Shown here: one piece after another, positions 23,500 to 33,387 of the stretch
Position numbering within the stretch: position 1 is the stretch's first letter
How the letters are laid out: each line of letters opens with the position of its first letter
From: Paramoeba atlantica
Taxonomy: Eukaryota > Protista > Discosea
Direction: 5' to 3'
DNA: 48,265 bases
Assembly (NCBI GenBank): GCA_977017575.1
Contig: CDRNVI010000109.1
Location: 1-48,265, forward strand
Made by a program: the position numbers and the translations under genes
The notes under the pieces: generated by a model
The model's input: the letters and a program-made list of their open reading frames with translations, nothing else
Told to the model about the DNA's origin: nothing
Databases searched by the model: none

Positions 23500-24731
23500 C
23501 AGAACCTCATCAGAACTTCTCTTCTTCTCTCTCATTTTAAAAACCATATTCCTTTTCCTGCATATTGGAAGAAAGAAACGGACGCATGTGAGCATGCGTT
23601 GTTGTTCCGTTTATTTCCTGGAGATGCAGAATAAAATGTTGAATCACATCTTCTCTAGGCATTTGGCAACGGTCCGCGAGCGCGTATAGTAGATTGCGTG
23701 TGTTTTTATGAAGTGCCCCTCCGGCGAGCATCGGTATGCATTCGAATTGTCCTGATTCGATCAAACCTGATGCGACATAGGTGTTTTGCTTGCGGGAGAT
23801 CGCGTCACGCATGAGTTGGGGCGCCTTTTTGCCTTGATGCGATGGGGCCGATTCGTGAACCACGGTAAGGTCATACCAAACTGAAAATCATCCCAGAAGG
23901 TCATAGCATTTTTCTCCAGAAGCCCAGTAGATAACAAGGTCTGGACCTGTGCGATGCATGCGTAGTACACTTCTTCATGTGCTCATTTTTAAGATGTTCG
24001 GCGATTGTTTCGGAGCACTTCATACACTTGTAAGATGTGAACTGTCGTGGTTCGCGTTCAGCCGGCAATCCTGCTTTGAGGCACAGTCCATATCTATAGC
24101 GTACGAGGGCATTGTGCTTAGTTGTAGTGTTGATTCCCGGACATTTCGTACATGCAGGGATGTGCCGCAGTGCTGGGCTGAGTCATATGTGACTTGACTT
24201 GGTAAGTTCGGATGTGGTAGATTGAATCGCGGCAGTATGGCGAAAGTGAATTGCTGTGAAGGAACGAATCATGCAGTGTACATCAGCCACTCGTGGTTCC
24301 CCTTTTCGCTTGCGGACAGGATGGCAGACGCCGTCTTTGTGTTCAACATGAGACGTGTACGAATGTTTTCGTGATATAACGCAGTGTTGGCCTTAGAGTC
24401 CGTAATCGAATTCTCGCCGACGGGTTTAGGGGCCGCTAATGAGCACCCCCGAGCTGGAATAAGATTAAAGTGCTCAAGAGAGATGCCTTTAGAGGTCTCG
24501 TATGCCGTTTGACGAAAGGGTTCTGTCGGACTCAGGCCTACGCCACCTTTCTTTAGTGGCAGCCGCATCCATGAAATTTGCTCGGCAGTTAGCTTGCCAA
24601 ACTATGACTGTAATACGCTGTTAACCTTTTCGTCAAAATTTCTGGTCAGGTCAAGGGAGGCTTGTGGGGGGTGCACCCTTATGTGGTAATTTTGCCTTAC
24701 ATTAACGCTTTTCGATAGTAACCGTAGTGAA
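23500..24731 (-). mobile_element. Decayed CRE-like element (family 1-related), 3' part
   Basis: RLPLKKGGVGL, KHNAL, AGLPAEREP and MTLPWF...HQ, collinear with 21550-22742. Confidence 0.75.
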
Positions 24732-24732
24732 A

Positions 24733-25752
24733 TTGCGGTGGTTGTATAACTACCGCTCTACCCTCGATTGCGGTGGTTGTAAAACTACCGCTCTACCCTC
24801 GATTGCGGTGGTTGTAAAACTACCGCTCTACACTCGATTATTGCGGTGGTTGTAAAACTACCGCTCTACACTCGATTATTGAAAAAAAAGTGAACAAAAA
24901 CAGTGAAAATATAAAGAGGAACACAGTAATATAATAGAAGAAAAAAATATAAAAGGGGGCTCCGGTGGTCCAAAACTGAAAAAAAATTTTGAAAAAAATG
25001 GGGGGTCCATGGGGGGGGTCCAGGGGGGGGGGTCCAGGGGGGGGGGGGCATGGTCGATCAAATTTTTTCGAAAAAATTAGTTTTCGAAAAAAAACCGCAG
25101 AAAGGGTAGCCGGGGTCTTGGAGCGCATTTTCCACCCCCCTACCCGGGGGTGACCCCCCCGCGTATCCGCAGGACGGGTCCGCCAAGTTCGGATTTTTTC
25201 GGAAAAAAAAATTTTTCGAAAAAAAATTCAACTTGGCGAAAAAAATGACAAAAAAAATATTTTTCCAAAATCGTTTCCCCTATTGTATTTTGATAGTTTG
25301 GGACCTACACTAGCTTTCTACGCAGTTGTTTTCGCAAGGTATCACTTCTTCGAACTGTGGTGCGCCCCTCAAAATGACCCACTTTTGACTAAAAAAGGTG
25401 AAAAAGTATTTTTCGGACCTAAAGGGGCATTTTTGTGTCGAAAGAATGGTATGGTTGGAGTCGTATTCTCTACCCAATACGTTCGGTAGGCTTTCATTCA
25501 TGCCTGCGAGTGATTTCCCACGCGCAAATGTCGGATTTAGTGCTCTGAGAGCAAAAATATGCGAAAATGACCCCATTTGTACCCGAAATTCGGCTATTTT
25601 TGGCTATAATCTTTCCGTTTTCCAGGCTAAATTTTCTTTTTTAGGCTCTTCGTTAAACGCGGCGGTAGTTTTCAACGCGAAGCGCGAAGCATGAGTGACT
25701 TCTAAGTTGAAAGCAACCACCGCGTTTAACGAAGAGCCTAAAAAAGAAAATT
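24733..25752 (+). mobile_element. Complete palindromic cassette (non-autonomous Helitron-like element)
   Basis: Four tandem 35-bp 5' hairpin units, A-rich module, (GGGGGGTCCA)n, GC-rich module and 47-bp-arm terminal palindrome (25630-25676 / 25706-25752). Confidence 0.88.
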
Positions 25753-26662
25753 GAAAAAAAAGTGAACAAAAACAGTGGAAATATAAAGGGGAACACAGTA
25801 ATATAATAGAAGAAAAAAATATAAAAGCGGGCTCCGGTGGACCAAAACTGAAAAAAAAATTGAAAAAAATGGTGGGTCCATGCGGGGGACTCCAGGGAGG
25901 GTCCAGGGGAGGGTCCAGAGGGGTGGTCCAGGGGGGGGTCCAGGGGGGGGACCAGGGGGGTCATGGTCGAGCAATTTTTTTCGAAAAAATTAGATTTCGA
26001 AAAAATACCGCAGAATGGGTAGCCGGGGTCTTGGCTCGCATTTTCCACCCCCCTACCAGGGGGTGACCCCCCAGCGTATCCGCAGGATGGGTCCGCCAAG
26101 TTCGGATTTTTTCGGAAAAAAAAAATTGAAAAAAAATTCAACTTGGCTAAAAAAATGGTAAAAAAATTATTTTTCCAAAATCGTTTCCCCTATTGTATTG
26201 TGATAGTTTGGGAACTACACTAGCTTTCTACGCAGTTGTTTTCGCAAGGTATCCCTTCTTCGAACTGTGGTGCGCCCCTCAAAATGACCCACTTTTGACT
26301 AAAAAAGGTGAAAAAGTATTTTTCGGACCTAAAGGGGCATTTTTGTGTCGAAAGAATGGTATGGTTGGAGTCGTATTCTCTACCCAATACGTTCGGTAGG
26401 CTTTCATTCATGCCTGCGAGTGATTTCCCACGCGCAAATGTCGGATTTAGTGCTCTGAGAGCAAAAATATGCGAAAATGACCCCATTTTTACCCGAAATT
26501 CGGCTATTTTTGGTTATAATCTTTCCGTTTTCCAGGCTAAATTTTCTTTTTTAGGCTCTTCGTTGAACGCGGCCGTAGTTTTCAACGCGAAGCCCGCAGC
26601 ATCAGTGACTTCTAAGTTGAAAACAACCACCGCGTTTAACGAAGAGCCTAAAAAAGAATTTT
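25751..26662 (+). mobile_element. Second tandem palindromic cassette, lacking the 5' hairpin
   Basis: Head-to-tail copy of 24878-25752. Confidence 0.88.
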
Positions 26663-26708
26663 TAACTTAACCCTTAACTTAAGGGAAAGTGGGGAAAGTG
26701 GGGAGTAA

Positions 26709-27319
26709 GTTAGCTCCCATGGCCTCCAGCCTCCGGAAAATGGTGTCATATTTTTCGAGTTGATGAACTAATTTCGAACTGACGGATTGATTCTCTCCAA
26801 CAAAGGCACCGAGAAATTTGGCGGCTTTAGCTTCTGTTGAAGTGCCTTAACACTCTAGACTACCAGGTATTGCGATGTCATTCTTGCCGGTGAACCAAAC
26901 GCATTTTTGGCATGACAGCTCTATTCTTTTCTCCTGAAGAAGTACCTTAAACCGCTGGAAAGCCGTGCTAATGAGCGCAGGATCTTTAGAAGCAAAATTT
27001 ACGTCATCGATGTATGCGTAGATATATAGTTCGGGAAATTCATGTGCCATCGTTTCCAGCAATGGCTGGAAAAACGTACAGAAGTATAACGTAGATAACG
27101 ATGAACTCTGTCGGACCCCTGCTGTGCTATTAACCATTCCATGGAGGTTGCCACTTGAACCGTAGAATATCAACTCCGAGCTCTCTGAATATTCGGTGTG
27201 AAACAGTCTTTGGAATGGTTTCATCTTGTGGAAGGCAAACATTGCTTTCGCAATGTCGCCGGGTGGGGACGTTAAAGGCATTCTTGACATCCAGAGAAAG
27301 AATTGCATGTCCGTCACAC
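26709..27319 (-). mobile_element. CRE-like RT fragment, continuation of 23500-24731 across the cassette insertion
   Basis: DVKNAFN, GVRQSSSLSTLYFC and AYIDD. Removing 24732-26708 rejoins ATGGGAGCTAAC|ATTTCACTA (MGAN|ISL). Confidence 0.8.
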
Positions 27320-27865
27320 AACTCTCCCTTTCCCCCTCTTTTCTTCTACTGGTGTAGTTCTCTGTGCCGCGCAGGTGTGCCATCCTAAAAAAGTGGTCCG
27401 AAGAACTGCCCGTCACCGCCCTCATAAACCACGGGCATTGCGTGGCATGCATGCTCGACGCCAATTGGAGAACCCTAGAGGTTCCGCTGAGAGGAGAAAC
27501 ACGACCGTGAGCACACTGAACGTGACGACACTAAAGCTTGAGGGGGAAGACGAGTTTTCCCTTCGAAGATGCACTCGTCTTTGAATTCTCTTTCATGATA
27601 GAAAAGGTGGCCTACATTATGTGCTTACAGGAAACTAGGTATAAATTTTCCAAGGATGTTCACGAGGATAGAATTATTTATAGGAAGGTCGAATATTTGG
27701 GGCATAGGTTTCATGTATACCTTCAGTCTGTCACAGGCGCGGATTCATACAACGGCATGGCTATCGTTAGACGAAGGATACTAGGAAATGTGTGGAAGGT
27801 GAGTGGGAATCATCTTGTTTCGACATCTTGGAGTTATAACTATGCTACGTCAAAGATATACGTCA
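27320..27865 (+). pseudogene. 5' fragment of a second RTE-like LINE (APE endonuclease N-terminus)
   Basis: TLNVTTLKLEGEDEFSLRRC and CLQETR are homologous to VRTLKLKGEDEFSLRKC...GLQETR at about 36500-36635. Confidence 0.75.
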
Positions 27866-29621
27866 AGTGATGTCGATCATCTTGGAATACGTGGGGAGAA
27901 ACACATCGCCTGGCCTGGTGAGCCCCCCTCCGGGACCTCGATTGCCAAGACTGTGCTCTCGTTGGGGTGCCAAAGAGGCATGCCCGCAGAAGGAGGAAAA
28001 ATGTTCAACCAGGGAATTGTGCCGGTTTATTATACCTTGTCCGTGTTTGCACACGAGTGCGTGATCCCCTTCAGGACCCAGAGGGAGTTTGCATTCGTCC
28101 GAGGGACATGGACGAGTTTCTCCGTATACATACACCCCCAACCAACATAGACACAAGGTTCGAAACTCCGCGGGTTTGAATGCATAGCCCAGGTCCTTCG
28201 ATGGGGTGACGAACGCCCAACTGCTAGCCCCTTTCCCTGATTGTGATACCCATCTGGTTCGCGTTCGTGTATCAGTGGAACTGTATGCTATGTTAAACTC
28301 CCTTTCCCCTATAGCGCGGATGATATCTTTCTGACGTGGGATGATACTTTCTTCCCATTCTGGCGGGTCAAGGTCAGCGTCTAGGTCAAGGTCAGCGCCC
28401 AACGGCGGGTCAGTATCTAAAAGAGGTTCGGTGTCCGATGGCTCGCGGGCTGTATCGACCTTTGTGGAAGAGTGAATGGATGGCTTTGGGGGAAAAGAGG
28501 GATGTGATCGGTCACGCTTTTGGGTGGTGGGGCAAAGGAAACAACCCGTTTCGGGATCTACGTGAGTGCCTCCGGCTTTTGCGTTCACGTCGTTGACGGC
28601 AGGTGAAAAACCTTCCGCGTCCAGTGGATTCCATCCGTCCTTGCTTGCGAGTACATTTCCGATGAACGCAGACCGAAACCTCCGCGTCTGAAGAGACTCG
28701 GAGGATCTTCAGGCGTTGGATCTGAGCGCGGGCAGGGGCGTTCAGTGGGCAAAGTATTTCCTCAGCTGTGCTCAACAGTGAATTGTCTAGATGTTCGCAA
28801 ACGCGTCGTATGCATTGTGGGGGTGTAGGGCGTAGACCAGTTGACAAAAGCCAGCACATTGTCGTACCAGTGCCATGTCGACCTGCGGGTCCTCAATTAA
28901 ACAGGAAGCAACTAACGTATCTTCTGCTGGTTCGATCGCATTGGTCATGAGGTGTTCGGCGCAGTGTTCGTGGGATCCGATAGGGCTTCCTAGGATGTCG
29001 AAATTTCCTTCTGTGTTTTGCTTGTCTTTTGGTATATCTGGGAAAAGAGATGTTTGGTGTGCAGATGAGGGTTGTGTGATCTCGCATTTCTTGCTATTGA
29101 GGTGTAGTCCCTGACCTGGTCCGAGGTGATCAAGTATGTCGAGAGCTTTTCCTACTTCTTCTTCTTTCCCTATAAAAACTCCACCATATAAATACCATAG
29201 GTTTAGAAGAAGTTCCGTGTACGACTGAATTTGTTTGGCAACCTCCAACATAACTAAGGAAAAGGGAAGAGGACCGAGGGGATCTCCCTGTTGTACCCCT
29301 TCCGCGGACGGTACGAAACGGTGCCCGTAAGTTAAGCTACTGGTTTCGACGTAGCTCCATTCAACCCATCTAGACAATTCCGGGAAGTGCTCTCTGGTGA
29401 GACTGATGCATGCGTCACGGCTAACGTTGTTAAATGCGTTGGGCAAATCAACTTTGCATAACTAAGTTTGCATACTATATCGGAATTTGTTGTGTTAGTG
29501 TCCATTGAAAGCCTACAAAGGTGAATGATACGTTCTGCCCCTGCTCGGGTGGCCACTCCATATTCTTGTGCTTCAAAGTATTTCCCTGCTTTCATTCGCA
29601 CACTACTGCATGCGGCCTTGG
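27863..29621 (-). mobile_element. CRE-like non-LTR retrotransposon (family 2), truncated at both ends
   Basis: NAFNNVSR, GVQQGDPLGPL, LWYL, ILGSPIG, CPSDEC...HALVC, RHNSL and RPGDVFLP; protein clearly homologous to 16537-17385. Confidence 0.8.
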
Positions 29622-30030
29622 AGAGGTGGAGCCTAGAGGTGGAGGTGGCGGGGTGGCAATAATTCAAAGTTTGAATTATTCGCACATGGTGCGAAGACGG
29701 CGAGTTCAAACCCGCTCATTGCAATATTCCCGGCGGCCTCACTCTAAGAGGCTGGGCTGAGAACCGACTAGGCCCAGTACTCGGAGGACCGTCCCGGACC
29801 CTTCCCTCAGGGAAACAGTTCCCTTACCCGGCGTACACCACTTGGGTGTGCCGTGTTGACGTACAGTTCGTCGACGCAGCGTGTTGGCAACAGCACGTTG
29901 GTGCCGCCTTGGACAAGCGTAAACTGGTAGAGGACGTCGGCCTCGGAACTTCCAAATCTGTCTGTGAAGGGTCTGGCTTGCCAGTGACCATCCGGAGCAA
30001 TCCGGAATGATTTGGTTTTTTTTGGATTGG
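29622..30030 (+). mobile_element. SINE-A, full length, diverged variant
   Basis: A and B boxes, full body, tail GGAATGATTTGGTTTTTTTTGGATTGG. Confidence 0.85.
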
Positions 30031-30057
30031 AAAGGAAAAATGAAAATCAAGGTACAG

Positions 30058-30134
30058 AAACTGTATCTTGTGTGATGCATGCGTCCCGTAGTACACTTCT
30101 TCATGTGCTCATTTTTAAAACGTTCAGCGATTCT
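30058..30134 (-). mobile_element. Short CRE-like fragment
   Basis: Similar to 23947-24006 (IAE..KNEHMKKCTT). Confidence 0.6.
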
Positions 30135-31850
30135 ATGATGCGACACATACTCAGTATGGGAAACCCTTCACGTGTGCTCCCAACTGATACGAATGTTCCT
30201 CTGTTCGAAGTATGTACGTATTTCGCACAGATTCAAGTAACAACGGGTATTATCCCAGCAGATGAATACCATTTGGTATCAAGTGAGCATACACGTTATG
30301 TTCAAACAAAAGTCGACTGGATCGAATTTGCCCTCCCCTGCGAACAGAACAAGTTCAAGTGCACTTTGTGCGCTACCGAACAAATGTTCACGTTTAAGGG
30401 GCTCCAAAAGCATTTTTACCGTCATCCGCGGCATGCTGAATCTTGGGCTTTGGGAATGGATCATTCCCATTGCAAAGAGTGCCCCTTCTTCGAGGAGTTG
30501 CAAGGGAAACCCCCCATAAGACGTATCTCTCGAGTGCGAATCACAAAACCGAGAAGGAGGTGTACGACATGTTGATGGACCTTGAGGTGCAAGGTACCAT
30601 GTCTGCAGGCTTTCAGTGCACGAAATGTGCCACAGCACAGGGCGATCAAAACCCTGAACATCGTACTTTCAAGTATGATGACATGCGCAAACATGTTTTC
30701 GAACATGGGCGCGGAGATCACGACATTTGTGAAGCATGCTCCTTTTTCGAGTATGCATGGACAGCGTCCTATCTTGAAAACTCGAGAGCACATTTCGAAT
30801 ATCAGCCACGAACACGAACAGCAACTGTTCGAACTATGGCACGAGCTTCCCATAGCTCACGCAAGCGCAGGGACAGAATCCGGTTACAAGTGTGTTGCGG
30901 ACGCTTGTTCCGGTGAAGTGATGAGCCTCGGCGCTGCAAGAAAGCACGTCGAAAAAAAGCATATGAAAACAAGTGAACAAAGCTGTGAAGCTTGTTCATT
31001 CTTTGATGCGGGGTGTGTGCCCCACAAGAAGAACAATGCTGCGAAGTTCTCTGAGCACAAGCAATGGTACGCATTTTGGACAGAAAACGTCCTTGAAACG
31101 GAAAGCATATACCAGTGCAAACTGCCTGGGTGTTCTGAAACACCTCTTGAAAAAGAGGCTATAACGAAGCATGTAGCACAACATTGCGAAGGAATGCATT
31201 TATGTATTCCTTGCAATTACTTTGCTATCTTGCAAGATTTCCCGCCAGTCATGGTGAATACTAATCACGCGAATTCTCTGAAACATCGGGAAATGGCGTA
31301 TCTACATCCGAAATGGGAGCTTCACGTAAGTTTATCTAATGGATCGTATGTATGCGCACTGCACGCCATACGCAAACTAAGTGTCAAATCTATGATGCGA
31401 CACATACTCAGTATGGGAAACCCTTCACAGGTGCTCCCAACTGATATGAATGTTCCTCTGTGCGAAGTATGTACGTATTTCGCACAGATTCAAGGAACAA
31501 CGGGTATTATCCCGGAAGATGAATATCATTTGGTATCAAGTGAGCATACACGTTATGTTCAAACAAAAGTCGGCTGGATCGAATTTGCCCTCCCCTGCGA
31601 ACAGAACAAGTTCAAGTGCACTTTGTGCGCTACCGAACAAATGTTCACATTTAAGGGGCTTCAAAAGCATTTTTATCGCCATCCGCGGCATGCTGAAGCT
31701 CGGGCTTTTCGACTTCGGATCACACAAGCTGAGCGCAACAGAGCTCATGCAGTATCGCAGGATGATGAGCTGGAACGTGTGAAGCAATGCTCCACGCTAA
31801 CACTCACATCTTTTCAACTGATTGAGAATATTCTCATCAATTGTTTGTGA
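30135..31850 (+). CDS. Multi-zinc-finger region, probable N-terminus of the Helitron protein
   Basis: Repeated C-x2/4-C...H-x3/4-H motifs (CTLC...HFYRH, CVADAC...HVEKKH, CKLPGC...HVAQH), each followed by C-x2-C-x-F/Y-F. About 300 bp internal duplication (30135-30440 vs 31389-31697). One frameshift links it to ORF 31841. Confidence 0.65.
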
Positions 31851-31932
31851 TGAAACCCTCCAAAGCGATGGAGATAAAAGATGCTCTATTCAGAGACATC
31901 ATGATGGACATAACGTCGTTTACGTTAAAGGC

Positions 31933-32880
31933 AATTTCTTTTTTAGGCTCTTCGTTAAACGCGGTGGTTGCTTTCAACTTAGAAGTCACTCGTGCTGCGC
32001 GCTTCGCGTTGAAAACTACCGCCGCGTTTAACGAAGAGCCTAAAAAAGAAAATTTAGCCGGGAAAACGGAAAGATTATAGCCAAAAATAGCCGAATTTCG
32101 GGTACAAATGGGGTCATTTTCGCATATTTTTGCTCTCAGAGCACTAAATCCGACATTTGCGCGTGGGAAATCACTCGCAGGCATGAATGAAAGCCTACCG
32201 AACGTATTGGGTAGAGAATGCGACTCCAACCATACCATTCTTTCGACACAAAAATGCCCCTTTAGGTCCGAAAAATACTTTTTCACCTTTTTTAGTCAAA
32301 AATGGGTCATTTTGAGGGGCGCACCACAGTTCGAAGAAGTGATACCTTGCGAAAACAACTGCGTAGAAAGCTAGTGTAGGTCCCAAACTATCAAAATACA
32401 ATAGGGGAAACGATTTTGGAAAAATATTTTTTTTGTCATTTTTTTCGCCAAGTTGAAATTTTTTTCAAAAAATTTTTTCCGAAAAATTCCGAACTTGGCG
32501 GACCCGTCCTGCGGATACGCGGGGGGGTCAACCCCGGGTAGGGGGGTGGAAAATGCGCGCCAAGACCCCGGCTACCCTTTCTGCGGTTTTTTTTCGAAAA
32601 CTAATTTTTTCGAAAAAATTTGCTCGACCATGCCCCCCCCCCCCTGGACCCCCCCCCTGGACCCCCCCCCTGGACCCCCCCCATGGACCCCCCCCATGGA
32701 CCCCCCCCATGGACCCCCCATTTTTTTCAAAAAAAATTTTCAGTTTTGGACCACCGGAGCCCCCTTTTATATTTTTTTCTTCTATTATATTACTGTGTTC
32801 CTCTTTATATTTTCACTGTTTTTGTTCACTTTTTTATCAATAATCGAGTGTAGAGCGGTAGTTTTACAACCACCGCAATT
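31933..32880 (-). mobile_element. Complete palindromic cassette inserted antisense into the Helitron ORF at AATT
   Basis: Both termini are present; removing it restores TLKAI|NTINTRRFPVKVC. Confidence 0.88.
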
Positions 32881-33387
32881 AACACCATTAATTAAAGGCA
32901 ATTAACACCATTAACACACGACGATTTCCTGTGAAAGTATGTCCATTCAATGAATGTGACAAGTTCACTTCAAGGAACCGTGTGGGTTAACACATATTTA
33001 CATACTTGGAAACAGATGAATCATCGGGGCCCATATGGGTCCTTGTTTCCTTGAAAAAGAAGGGTGAAAAGAACGTTTATACGTTTATTACAAGTCCCTC
33101 TCTTGAAAATGAAATTGTTTCAATTTTGAATCGAGCAACTGTCACGAATGTGACGAATGCTAGCACTATTGACAGTGCAGCATATGCTATCATACAGATG
33201 TGTGAAAATACCATATTTCACGCAAGCGAAATATGCAAAGAATCTTCAGCCAATGAACTTCGGTACTGGCTTGAACGATGTTGCATCGCGAAATGTATTG
33301 TCAATTTTGACACATACGAAGTCAATGGAGATGGCTCACGTCGAACACGTTTTGACATTGAGCGCAATCCAAAAGACGCACTAAAAT

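Noticed and set aside
24732-24874. CRISPR-like array of 35-bp palindromic repeats
   Set aside because: The repeats are directly adjacent with no unique spacers and no cas genes; they are the cassette's 5' unit.
26663-26708. Telomere-like TTAACCC / GGG-rich sequence
   Set aside because: Too short and irregular; better explained as junction filler.
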